A DNA stretch of 64,000 bases, taken from positions 12,402,001-12,466,000 of the forward strand of contig NC_045697.1 of assembly GCF_009834535.1 (NCBI RefSeq). Reading direction: 5' to 3'. Made by a program: the position numbers and the translations under genes. This DNA comes from Camelus ferus (Eukaryota). The first letter of the stretch is position 1. Each line of letters starts with the position of its first letter. The notes below the pieces were generated by a model. It had not been told where the DNA came from, did not search any database, and saw only the letters and a program-made list of their open reading frames with translations. Positions 1 to 11,948 of the stretch are shown here, in pieces.

Positions 1-569
1 AAGGTACAGGGGAAATGAATTCACTTTAATTGAGGGTTCCTATTATGAGGATTTGCATTATTGCTTCTTTCAAACAAACAGAATAGTGCAGAAACTGGTG
101 ATTAATGTGATGGGAAGGAGCAAACATGCTATATGAGTCATTACATTAGATCCACCATGTTTAATGGTCTGTTATGCTGAGCAGAGAGTAGCAAGGAGCC
201 TGCTGGGGGAAAGACAAGTCAAAAACCTCATAGACTCATTTTTTTTCCAAACTAACTTACAAGCAGAAAGTTGTTGCCATTCTCTGAACTACAAATGAAG
301 CAACAACTCTGAGGACTTTTTTCCCCTCCTTTGACCAATGAGTGTGGGATGTAAGTTGACCCATGTTGTTCAGGGATGTTCTAAAGTGATATGGTGAAGG
401 TAGTGATCGTCAAATATTGTGACCAGTTAAACTCAGTACTGTGTTAACACCTGCTTTCATGCCTAGACAATGGGAAAGTAACAGAGACCCAGTTTATAAA
501 GTTATAATGAAAACTCACTGGGCTTGTTAAAAGGTTTGCTTTTAGGGGGGAAACATGCTAATTAAAGTA

Positions 570-760
570 TAAAAGCATTGGACTGGGAGTCAGAAATCTT
601 GGTTCTAGTTTTTGCTCAGCTTCTGTTTGGATGAACTACCTCGGGCAAGATAGTTAACATTTTGAGCCTTAGTCTTCTCATCTACCTAAAAGGCTTAGTA
701 ATTTCTATTTCACAAAATGGTGGTGAGTATTGATAAAGGTTTGTGAAATGCAAGCAATGG
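570..760 (+). mobile_element. MIR SINE
   Basis: Similar to the MIR core (gactgggagtcagaa...ctcgggcaag...gagccttagtcttctcatct); boundaries approximate. Confidence 0.7.
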
Positions 761-984
761 AAATTTAAGGAAATTTGGTTATTGAGTAGTAGTAGTATTG
801 ATAATAATGCTGCAGTTACCCTGAGATGCCTAGAATTATGAATTTATGATCTCAGACATTTTCCAGGAATATAAATGAAATTTCCCTCCACTCCCATCCT
901 TGGCACTTCTATTAGATTCTTCACACTGAAACCAGAGAGATCTAAAAAAATATAAATCTGATGATAATCACTCCCAATGCTTGG

Positions 985-1240
985 TGGCCTCCAGTTGATT
1001 CCCATTGCTGTTAAGACTGGAGCCAAGATTCTCAACATGACTAACAAGACTCTGTACCATCTGGCCCATTTTTACATCCACCCTTTCATCTCACAAAATC
1101 TTTTCTTTTGCTGTCTAGGTTCTACCTACATTGCCTTTTTTAAGGAGCACATTGCTCTGTACTCTTTATCTCAGAGCCATTGCACATGCTGTTCCTTTGC
1201 CCTAGAACACTTTTCCCTCTCTGCGTCTTAACTCTCACCT
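985..1240 (+). mobile_element. L2 LINE 3' fragment
   Basis: cccattgctg...ccatctggccc...cattgcacatgctgttcctttgccctagaacac resembles the L2 3' region. Confidence 0.65.
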
Positions 1241-1242
1241 CA

Positions 1243-1505
1243 TGTGGTAAGCTGAATAACAACCTCTCGCTCCCCGTAAGTATGTCCACATCCTAAATTC
1301 CAGAAGCTATGCTATCTTACATGGTAAATGGGACTTTATAAATGTGATTAAAGATCTTGAGATGGAGGAGAGTATTCTGGATTATCCAGGGGGAATCCAG
1401 TGTAATCACAAGGATCGTTATAAAAGTGAAGGTGAAGAGAAGAGGGTGAACTATAGTAGTAGGAGATGTGACTATGGAGGAAAGAGGTTGGAGTGACTGT
1501 GAACA
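1243..1505 (+). mobile_element. MaLR LTR (MLT1D-like), 5' half
   Basis: Starts tgtggtaagctgaataa; contains gtccacatcctaa, gtgattaaagatcttgagatgg and ctggattatccagg, typical of MLT1. Confidence 0.8.
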
Positions 1506-1579
1506 ATTACCGACAGCATGAAGTTGGTCTGCCAGTGGAGTAGATGGGGAGGGCATCGGGGCCGTTCTTGAGAGTGCAG

Positions 1580-2115
1580 TCAATGGAGGCTTCTTATGGA
1601 AAGGCTCAAGTGGAGCTCTGATGTTTGGCTAAAGAGGTAGGGACAGAGAATGTTCAAAGCAGTAGGGACAGCATGGACATACGCTCCTCGAGCAAAAGCT
1701 GTGACGAGCACAGAATGCTGTTGCATGCCGATGGTGACTGAAGTTGGAGAAGGAATCAAGGGCCTTATGAGCAGTTTAATGATTTAAGCCAATAAGGGGC
1801 TATGGAACGGTTTTAAGTGGGGAGAGAAATGATGAGATTTGAATTGTAGGGGGGAAGTGGGAGAAAGAGAGAAAGTGGCTGTTTCCATATTTGGCAATGG
1901 GAAGACTTTGGTCTAAAAAGGGGAGTGGTGATGAGAATGAAGGCAAAATCACAGGTCCGAGCGATATTTAGGAGGTAGCCTCTGTAGGACTTTGACTGAT
2001 AAGATGTAGGGAGGGAGGGAGCCAGTGATTCCTCCTAGATTGTTAACTTGGAGAACTGAAGAGATAGGTGGTGATGCTATTCATTGAATTAAGGAACAGG
2101 GGAGGAGGAATGCAC
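1580..2115 (-). mobile_element. L2 LINE fragment
   Basis: Purine-rich antisense L2 signature (ggttttaagtggggagagaaatgatgagatttg; gatgctattcattgaattaaggaac). Confidence 0.65.
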
Positions 2116-2249
2116 TAAAAAGAACAGTTATCCTACTCAAAATGTCTGTGGCAAATAGGATACTTTGTTAAGAGGCTGTGAGTTCAGCTTTAAGATAGAC
2201 TAGCTAACCTGGGTGGGAGTTGGTAGAAGGGATTCTTGATTGTGGATAT

Positions 2250-3040
2250 GGTCTAGAGGAGTTATATTCAGAGGATGGGCCACATCTGAGAAGGTTAAAC
2301 AAAATCAGGATAATTATATCATACATGTAAGTTCCCAAATTTAGCTGCAGATAGGATCAAGGAGATATAATTTTCTTGTACACATGAAACATAAATATTT
2401 TTAACTGGCCACAAACCCTATAGCATTATGTAGTTTCTAAAAAGATAACATGACCATTGGTAGCAGTATTGGACACATAACATTTAAAATGAAAAAAAGA
2501 TGTTTCTACTCTACCCTGAGCTACTCAGTCCACTTCTGGGCTATTGTATTCAGTTTTTGATGCCACAAGTTAACAATAACGTAGATAATCTTGAGACTAT
2601 ACACAGGGAGTATCAAGGATAGTGAAGCAATTTGAAGCCATTGATAAAGAGATATTTATCAAGGAATTGGGATGTTTGATAACAAGAGAGACTTTGTGTT
2701 TGCAGAGGTATTATGAAAGGTGCATAATTATACAAAGTCTTCTTATTCTATAGTATACCAAGAGGTAGAAGCGGGATTAATGAAAGAAGTTGAGGAAGTC
2801 CAGGGATTGAGAAACTTCGGGTTGAATAAATTTGTGTGGAAGTTTGCAATAAGTATTGGATAGAGTGGCAGAGTTCCACTGCACGTAAAGGAAGACCACT
2901 ACTAAATTAATTGTAATTAGTTTTCCAAAGGTGAAAGAAGTTGCCTCAATTCAATACCCCTGGAAATTCTTAAGTGGAAGTTTATATTCAGTATCCAAAG
3001 GATCACTGGACTAAATGACTTCATGTCTTTTTCATACCTG
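2250..3040 (+). mobile_element. L3/CR1 LINE 3' end, highly decayed
   Basis: ctactctac...tcagtccacttctgggctattgtattcagtttttgatgccac...aaggaattgggatgttt matches the CR1 ORF2 C-terminal region; terminal ctggactaaatgacttc resembles the L3 3' end. Confidence 0.65.
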
Positions 3041-4594
3041 AAGGCCACTAGTTAACATTGAGGATGAGGGTCTGGGGGTACTAGGCTGCTCAGGCAGGGG
3101 TTTTCAGGACTAGGGCAGGGGTGAGGGAATAGCAATGGCTGCCAACTCCACGCATTCACAGCTCTTGTCTCTGTCTTTACTAGGAGCCAAAGGGGACTGG
3201 GGGACAGAGTGTCCATAAGTGTCTCTGCTTGCCATCTGTAGTTGGACTGAGTGAGCTGTGACCATGTGCTGAATAGTTACGTGAGGGGAAGGAAGATAGA
3301 GCTGTGCAGCCTCGCATAGACTCATCCTGGGGATGATCTTGATTGATCCCTTTCATCATTTAAAAAAATGCAGTATCCTGGAATCTTAATGATGAAAAGT
3401 ACCTTACAGGTCAGGATCCTAGGTGACTTCTGATTCAGACTCTGCTGGGAATGACAGTGGCTTCTCAGAAGTAGGAGTTCCTGAAATGACTCAGTATGGC
3501 TGAAGAGTCTTGAATTTATTATGTTCTGGAATAAAATTTAAATATGTACACAATTATTTTCAAGTCAGTCAGAAATTGCCCCACTGTTCCTGTTTTCACA
3601 GAATATATGACACATATATAGACACAGTCCCCATATGCCTCGCAATACAAAACATTTGCATCTTTAAATGTATTTGCTTGATTTATATGAACTTTTACTT
3701 GGCAGCCCCCTAAAATAATGTCTTACTAGGAGAAGCTTGGGAACATATGTAGCGATTTTTCTCTTCTCTGGACCCTGGAAACAATGCATTGTTCCATAAA
3801 AGACAGAATTGAGTTTATTGTCTGTTGCTGAAGGGATCAGCCATTTATTTCCGAGAGCTGCCATGGTGACATATTTTCTCTAATTTATACTGGAAAGTGG
3901 AGCATTTGCTTGTAAGACAGGTAGAAAACAATTTATCTGACATTTTGAAAAAGGTGGAAAAGGAACCAACCTTCCTCCCTCCCTCCCTTTCCTTCATCCT
4001 CCATTCTTCGTGCTTTTTGACAGTTTGTATGTAGGTAAAGAATATTACAGCATCAGGGAGGCTAATTAAAACCAATTATAGTCTGGCTGACCTGTCACCA
4101 CAATCAAGTTACCAAAAGAAGAGTGGAGCATATTTGGAAAACAGTATCTTCTAGAGTACATATGCCTGATTTGGTCACATTTTATTTTAGGGATCTCAGT
4201 ACAATAATCACTTAGCTGCAACCTCACTTATATGCCCCTCATCTCTCAATGTGTTTATTTTTCTAGAACAGGATCCTGCTCTTAGGAAAATCTAAAAGGA
4301 AGCAAGGAAGGCATAAAGAACAGATGGGAAGGTAAGATAGGGAAGTGAAAGATACCTTAGATTAATTGGTATTGCATAGATTTTTATGGGGCCGACCTTT
4401 CATTCTTATTATTCTTTTTATCATGTAGTTTGGAGAGTCTTCAAACTCTTTAGCATGACATAAGGAGCCCTATTGTCTCATTGGAACATATTTCTTCAGC
4501 TTTATTTCTCAGTATCACACAGTTCTCTTCAGTCATACCAATATTGTTATCTCTCTACTGTTCATAAAAATTCTCCAGACCAACTGGTATGGCT

Positions 4595-4685
4595 CTTTAC
4601 CCCTCATTCTTCTTGGTTGCTGCATAATATTCCATGATGTGAATGTACCATGATTTATTCAATTATTCCATTATTAATGAGTATT
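4595..4685 (-). mobile_element. Old L1 (L1M) ORF2-end fragment
   Basis: ttgctgcataatattccatgatgtgaatgtaccatgatttatt is an antisense L1 3' motif. Confidence 0.45.
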
Positions 4686-4689
4686 ATTT

Positions 4690-6370
4690 TTTCCTTTCTG
4701 ATTTGAATGCCTGTTTTTTTCTCTTTCTAACATTATTGCTAATGGCTAGGACTTACAGTACTCTGATGAAAAAAACAGTAGTGAGAGTGGGCATCCTTGT
4801 CTTATTCCTGAACTTAAAGGAAAAGCTTTCACCATTGAGTATGATGTTAGCTGTGGGTTTGTCATATAAAGCCTATATTATGTTGAGGTATGTTCCCTCT
4901 ATATATGCTACTTAGCTGAGAGTTTTTATCATGAATGGATGTTGAATTTTGTCAAATTTTTCTTTGCATTTATTGAGATGTTCATATGATTTTTATTCTT
5001 TGTTTTGCTAATGTGGTATTTTATGTTGATTGATTTGTAGGCATTTCACCATCTTGGCATCCCTGGAATAAATCCTGTTTGATCATGGTCTATTTAATGT
5101 ATTGTTGAGATTGGTTTGCTAATATTATGTTGAGGATTTTTGCATCTATGTTCATCAGTGATATTACCTGTAATTTTCTTTTTTTGTAGTGTCTTTATCC
5201 AGTTTTGGTATCAAGGTAATGGCTTTGTAGAATGAGTTTGGGGCATTCCTTCTTCAATTTTTTGGGAATAGTTTTGAGAGGGATAGGTATTAACTTTTCT
5301 TTAAATGGTTGGTTTAATTCTCCTGTGTAAGTCATCCAGTCCTGGACTTCTGTATGTTGGGAGTTTTTTTGATTACTGATTCAATTTTATTACTAGTAAT
5401 CAATCTGTTCAGATGTTGTATTTCTTCCAGATTCGGTCTTGGGACATTGTACTTTTTGAAGAATTTGTACATTTTTTTCTAATTTGTCCAATATATTGAC
5501 ATATAACTGTTTGTAATCTCTTATGACCCTTTGTATTTCTGTGGTGTCATTTGTAACTTCTTCTATTTCTGGTTGTATTTATTTGACCCTCTCTTTTTCT
5601 TGATGAATCTGGCTAAAGGGTGATCATTTTTTTATCTTTTCAAAGAACCAATTCTCAGTTTCATCAATCTTTTCTATTTTTTTTTTTAGTCTTTATTTCA
5701 TTTATTTCCACTCTGCTATTATTTTTTCCTTCTACTGACTTTGGGCTTTGTTAGTTCTTTTTTATGTTTTTTTTTTTTTTTTAAAGTTGGATTGTTTATT
5801 TGAGGTATTGTGTGTGTGTGTGCGTGTGTGTTTCCCTGAGGTACATCTGTATCACTATAAACTTCCTACTTAGAACTTCTTTTTCTGTGACCCTTGATTT
5901 TGAAACATTGTGTTTCCATTTTAATTTGTCTCAATACTTTTAAAATTTTCTCTTTGCTTTCTTTGTTGACTCTTTTGTTGGTTAGTAGCATGTTGTTTAG
6001 CTAACCTATGTTTGTTTGTTTATTTATTTATTTGTTTATTTATTTATTTTGCAATTTTTTTCCCCTTGTAGTTGATTTCTAGTCTCATAGCATTGTGGTC
6101 AGAAAACATGCCTAACTTGATTTTATTGAGACTTGGTTTTTGGCCTTGTGTGATCTATACTAGAGAATGTTCCATGTGTATTGGAAGAAAATTTGTCTTC
6201 TACTTTTTTGGCATAGACTGTTCTGTAAATATCCATTATGTTTATGTGATCTAATGTGTTGTTTAAGGCCAGTGTTCCCTTATTAATTTTCTGTCTGTGT
6301 GATCTGTCCATTGATATAAGTGGGGTGTTAATGTCCCCTACAGTTATTGTATTACTGTCAATATCTCCCT
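4690..6370 (-). mobile_element. Older L1, ORF2 segment (endonuclease C-terminal part to start of RT)
   Basis: ORF remnant 6123-6374 (QGDIDSNTITVGDINTPLISMDRS...GTFSSIDH) is the L1 ORF2p endonuclease; the rest is antisense ORF2 DNA with stops and frameshifts. Confidence 0.92.
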
Positions 6371-9138
6371 GCATATATGCATTTTCATATTCTTTTCCAT
6401 TAAAAGTTATTGTAAGATATTGAGTATAGTTCCCTGTGCTGTACAGAAGAAATGTTTTATCTGTTTTTTTATGTAGTGGTTAACATTTGCAAATCTCAAA
6501 CTCCCAAATTTATCCCTTCCCATCCCTTTCCTCTGGTAACCATAAGATTGTTTACTATGTCTGCAAGTCTGTTTCTTTTTTGTAGATGAGTTCATTAGTG
6601 TCCTCTTTTCTTTTTTAGATTTCACATCTGAGTGATATTATATGGTATTTTTCTTTTTCTGGCTTACTTCACTTAAAATGATGATCTCCAGGTCCATCCA
6701 TGTTGCTGCAAATGACATTATTTTATTCTTTTTTATGGTTGAGTAGTATTCCATTGTATAAATATACCACATCTTCTTTATCCAGTCATCTATTGATGGA
6801 CATTTAGGTTGTCCATCAACTTGGCTTGGCTATTGTAAATAGTGCTGCTATGAACATTAAGGTGCATGTATCTTTTTGAATTAGAGTTCCCTCTGGATAT
6901 ATGCCCAGGAGTGGGATTGCTAGATCATATGGTAAGTCTATTTTTAGTTTTTTGAGGAATCTCCATACTGTTTTGTATAATGGCTGCACCAAACTACATT
7001 CCCATCAACAGTGTAGGAGGGTTCCCTTTTCTCCACAGCCTCTCCAGCATTTATCATTTGTGGTCTTTTGAATTATGGCCTTTCTGACTGGTGTGAGGTG
7101 GTACCTCACTGTAGTTTTGATTTGCTTTTCTTTGATAATTCGTGACATTGAGCATGTTTTTCACGTGCCTATTGACTATTTTTATGTCTTCATTGGAGAA
7201 TTGTTTGTTCCGGTCTTCTGCCTCTGTTTAGATTGGGTTGTTTGGTTTTTTTGTTGTTAAGTTGTATGACCTGTTTATGTATTCTGGGAATTAAACCTTT
7301 GTCAGTCACATCATTTGCACATATTTTGTCCCATTCCATAGATTTTTGTTTTGTTTTGCTTATGGTTTCTTTTGATGTGCAAAAGCTTATAAGTTTAATT
7401 AGGTCCCATTTGTTTATTTTTTATTTTATTTCTATTGCCTGGGTAGACTGCCCTAGGAAAACATTGCTAAGATTATGTCAGAGAAAGTTTTGCCTATGTT
7501 CTCTTCTAGAAAGTTTATAGTGTCTTGTCTTATATTTAAGTCTTTAAGCCATTTGAGTTTATTTTTGTGTATGGTGTGAGGGAGTGTTCTAACTTCATTG
7601 GTTTATATGCTATTATCTAGTTTTGCCAACACCACTTGCTGAAGAGACTGTCTTTTCTCCATTGTGTATTCTTGCCTCCTTTGTCAAAGATTAATTGACT
7701 GTAGGTCTGTAGGTTTATTTCTAGGCGCTCTATTCTGTTCTGTGATCCATATGTCTGTTTTTGTACCAATACCACACTGTTTTGATTACTGTAGCTGTGT
7801 AGTATTGTTTGAAGTTTGGGAGGGTTATTCTTCCAGTTTTATTCTTTTTCTTTAGTATTGCTTTGGCAATTCTAGGGTGTTTTGTGATTCCATATAAATT
7901 TTAGTATTTGTTCTCTTTCTGTGAAAAATGTCATGAGTAATTTGATAGGGATCACATAAAATCTGTAGATTACCTTGTGCAGTATGGCCATGTTAACAAT
8001 ATTGATTCTTCTAATCCAAGAGCATGAGATGTCTTTCCATTTCTTTAAGTCATCTTTAATTTCCTTCACCAGTGTTTTGTAGTTCTCCAGTGTATAAGTC
8101 TTTCACCTCCTTGGTCAGATTTAATCCTAAGTATTTTATTGTTTTGGATGCGATTTTAAAAGGGACTGTTTCTTTTTTGGGGTGGGGTAGTAGGCAATTA
8201 AGTTTACTTATTTATTTTATTGATGGAGGTACTGGGGACTGAACCCAGGACCTTCTGTGTGCTAGGCATATACTCTACTGGAGCTGTACCCTCCCTCTAA
8301 AAGGGATTGTTTCTTTACTTTCTTTTTCTGATATTTCATTGTTAGTGTAAAGAAATGCAACTGATTTTGGTATTTTAATCTTGTATCCTGCTACCTTGCC
8401 AAATATTTTTCAGCTTTAGTAGATTTTGTGTGGGTTTTCTATATATAGTATTATGTCATCCATATATAGTGACAATTTTACTTCTTTTCCAGTTTGGATC
8501 CCTTTTATTGCTTTTTCTTGCCTGGTTAATGTGGCTAGGACTTCCAATACTATGTTGAATAGAAGTAATGAGAATTGGTATTCTTGTCTTGTTACAGATT
8601 TTAGTGGGAAGGTGTTCAACTTTTCATCATTGAGTATTACGCAGGCTGTGGGTTTGTCATAAATTGTTTTTATTATGTTCAGATATGTTCCCTGGATACC
8701 CACTTTGGTAAGAGTTTTTATCATAAATGGGTGTTGAATTTTATTAAATGCTTTTTCTGTATGTATTCAGATGATTATGTGATTTTTGTCCTTTCTTTTG
8801 TTGATACGGTGTATCACATTGATTGATTTGCATATGTTGAACCATCCTTGTGTCCCTGGGATGAATCCAACTTGATCATGGTGTATGATCTTTTTTATCT
8901 GTTGTTGGATTCTGTTTGCTAATATTTTGTAGAGGATTTTTGCATCTGTTCATCCATGGTTTTGGCCTCTAATTATCTTTTTTGATAGTGTCTTTGTCTG
9001 GTTTTGGTATCAGGGTGATGGTGGTTTTATAGAATGAGTTTGGGAGTATTGCCTCCTTTTCAGTCTTTTGCGAGAGTTTGAGAAGGATTGGTATGAATTC
9101 TTTGTATGTTTGGTAGAATCCCAGTGAAGCCATCTGGT
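6371..9138 (-). mobile_element. Younger, 5'-truncated L1 (RT to 3' UTR) nested in the older L1
   Basis: ORF2 remnants 7872-8069 ([16 protein letters not shown]) and 8416-8724 (YDKPTA...FNIVLEVLA...YMDDIILY); 3' UTR is near-identical to the copies at 60452-61346 and 62800-63377. Confidence 0.95.
8173..8297 (-). mobile_element. tRNA-Ala-derived camelid SINE (vic-1 type)
   Basis: Antisense tRNA-like head plus A-rich tail; TSD taaaaggga(c/t)tgtttc at 8157-8172 and 8298-8313; interrupts L1 ORF2. Confidence 0.9.
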
Positions 9139-9220
9139 AAAGATCTTATTTATCCATTCAGCCATCTTGTATCTTTTGATTGAAATATTTACTCCACTTA
9201 CATTTAAAGTAATTATGATT

Positions 9221-9527
9221 ATTTTTTCTTTTTTTTTGTTGAGTTATAATCAGTTTACAATGTTGTGTCAATTTCCATTGTAGAGCACAATTTTTCAGTT
9301 ATACATTAACATACGTATATTCATCGTCACATTCTTTTTCACTTTGAGCTACCATGAGATCTTGTATATATTTCCCTGTGCTATGCAGTATAATCTGGTT
9401 TAGCTATTCTATATATGCCTGTCAGTATCTACAGATTTCAAACTCCCAGTCTGTCCCTTCCCACCCCACTTCCCCCAGCAACCACAAGTTTGTATTCTAT
9501 GTCTATGAGTCTGGTTCTGTTTTGTAT
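9221..9527 (-). mobile_element. Short L1 3' UTR insertion
   Basis: T-rich tail then tttacaatgttgtgtcaatttc...aaactcccagtctgtcccttccc; same family as the other young L1 tails; the host L1 resumes after it. Confidence 0.85.
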
Positions 9528-9626
9528 ATATTGATAGGTACTTACTTACTGCCATTTTGTGAATTGCTTTCTCATAGTTTTTTTTTTTTTTTATTCTTTC
9601 TTTTCTTGTTCTCTTTCCCTAGCATT

Positions 9627-9802
9627 AAAAAAAATTGTTTTGTTTGTTTTTTTTCTTTGGAGGAGGTAGGTAATTATGTTGGTTTATTTTATTTTGTTTG
9701 TTTGTTTGTTTATTTATTTACTGGAGGTACTGTAGATTGAACCCAGGACCTTATGCATGCTAACTAAGCATGTGTTCTACCACTGAGCTATATCCTTCCT
9801 CC
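9627..9802 (-). mobile_element. tRNA-Ala-derived camelid SINE (vic-1 type)
   Basis: Antisense head (ggaggtactgtagattgaacccaggacc...ctaccactgagctata); TSD tctctttccct(ag/gt)catt at 9610-9626 and 9803-9819. Confidence 0.9.
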
Positions 9803-11659
9803 TCTCTTTCCCTGTCATTTGATGACCTCTGTAGTATTATGTTTGAGTTCCTTTCTCTTTATTTTTTATGTACCTACTTTAGGTTTTTGCTTACCTTGAG
9901 GTTCCTGTATATCTATATCTGTATCTGTATCTACATCTGTATCTATATATAGTATTTTAAACTGATAGTCATTTAAGTTCAAACACATTTTAAAATCTCT
10001 AATTTTTTACTCCCCACCATGTTTTATGTTTTTGATGTCACATTTTACATCTTTATATGTATCCTTTAGCTACTTATTATAATTATAGTTGATTTTCAAC
10101 TTTTGTCTTTTAACCTTCATGCTAGCTTTTTACATGGCTGATCAACTGCCTTTACTATATATTTGCCTTTACCAGTGAGATTTTTATCCTTCATATAGTT
10201 TCGTATTATTATTATGGCCTTTTCTTTTTTCCTTGAAAGAGACCCTTTAACATTTCTTTTAAGGCTAGTTTAGTGATGCGGAATTTCTTTAGCATTTGCT
10301 TTTCTGGGAAACTCTTTCTTGCCCTCAATTCTGAATGATAACCTTGCTAGGTAGAGTATTATTGGTTGTTAGTGTTTTCCTTTCAGTACTTTTGATATAT
10401 GATGCCAGTACCTTCTGACCTGTATGATTTCTGCTGAAGAATTATCTGATAATCTTATAGGGGTTCCCTTGTATGTAACTAGTTGTTTTTCTCTTGCTGC
10501 TTTTAAGATTCTCTGTTTATCTTTAACTTTTGACATTTTAATTATGTGTCTGGTGTGAGTCTCTTTGGGTTCATTGTTTGGGACTCTCTGTGCTTCCTGG
10601 ATTTGGATGTCTATTTCCTTCACCAGGTTAGAGAAATTTTTTTGTGATTATTTCTTCAGATAGATTTTCTATTTCTTTCTCTTTCTCTTCTTCTTCTGAG
10701 ACCTCTATAATACAACTGTTAGTATGCTTGATTTTGGTACAGAGGTCCCTTCAACTACCCTCATCTTTTTTATTCTTTTTCCTTTTTGATGTTCTGATTG
10801 GGTGATTTCTACTTGTCTTCCAGATCATTGATTCATTATTTTACATGCTCTAAACTGCTTTTGATTGCTTTTAGTGGGTTTTTTTTTTTTCATTTCATTT
10901 ATTGTATTCTTCAGTTCTGATTGGTTCCTCTTTTGTATTTCCTCCCTCTCTGTTGTAGTTCTCACTGAGTTCATCCATTCTTCTCCTGGTTAAGCTTATT
11001 TATGACTATTATTTTGATCTCCTCCTAAAGACCTCTGCATATCTGCATTAGATCTTCTGTTATACTACCTGGTACTTACTTTTTGAAGTAATCACCTTAA
11101 TTACTTCCCCTTCATTCCCTCATTAGCCTTCAAGCTTTCAACCATTCTAAACTCTCTATGTCCCATTGACTCTTCAAATAGAACATTTCTCAACTATCCC
11201 TTTGTGTCTTCCAAGATATACTCCCTTTTTTTTGCTGTATCCTTTTTAAAAAATTATCTTATTATCTTTATATCTTTAATTTCTTCTCCTTTATTTATCT
11301 TTTTTTGCTTCAAACAATAACAAAATCCTCCAAATAAAATAATGCACATGTGTCCAGTCAGTTTCTTAATTGTGACAGTTCTTTTCTAATTTGGCTGTCA
11401 TTTTTGAATCTGTTGACCTCTTTTGTTTTAGCTGCTGCTGCCCTAGATTACACCTTTGTTTCTTTCATGTCTGGATGTTTTTCCTGATCTGGGCCCATCC
11501 TTCCATTCAATCCTTATTTCCCAATATAATCTTTATATACTTTAAGCTCTTTATTCTTGAGGCTATTCAAACACTTCCTTGCCCTCCACAACTCCTTGCT
11601 TTAGTTTTTATGATTGAACCTGGAGATCTGTTAACCTTTTCATTTCTCTACTCATTGAT

Positions 11660-11948
11660 ATTTTCCTGCTCATCCTTCAAGGCTTAACTCAAACTCTCTT
11701 TCTTCCTAGATTTATTTCACTAACTCTTCAGGCAGAATTTTCTTCCTGCTTTCAATAATTAATGATCCTCTAATACATTAGAGTGTTGAACTTTTCTTAA
11801 TAAATTGTAGTATTATTCTTTTTTTTAACATATGTCTCTGCCATAAGAGTATAATCCACTTGAGGGTGAGTGTGGCATCTCACTTATCTTTGTGCTTAGA
11901 GTGTTGCCTGGCACATAGGCATGTCCAATAAAAATCTATTAAATAAAG
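11660..11948 (+). mobile_element. L2 3' end
   Basis: ctcatccttcaaggcttaactcaaa...gcctggcacatagg...caataaaaatctattaaataaa. Confidence 0.7.

Larger units (their letters stand above)
9139..11030 (-). mobile_element. Older L1 continued (ORF2 N-terminus, inter-ORF spacer, ORF1)
   Basis: Minus strand at 9141-9180 reads [12 protein letters not shown] (endonuclease N-terminus); ORF 10369-10623 (IQIQEAQRVP...RILKAAREKQLVTYKGTPIRLS) is L1 ORF1p. Confidence 0.9.

Noticed and set aside
4740..9138. Apparent direct duplication (about 4740-5350 versus 8530-9138)
   Set aside because: The same ORF2 region in two different L1 copies, not a segmental duplication.
6123..10623. L1 ORF1/ORF2 reading frames as functional CDS
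   Set aside because: Short fragments broken by stops, frameshifts and nested insertions.
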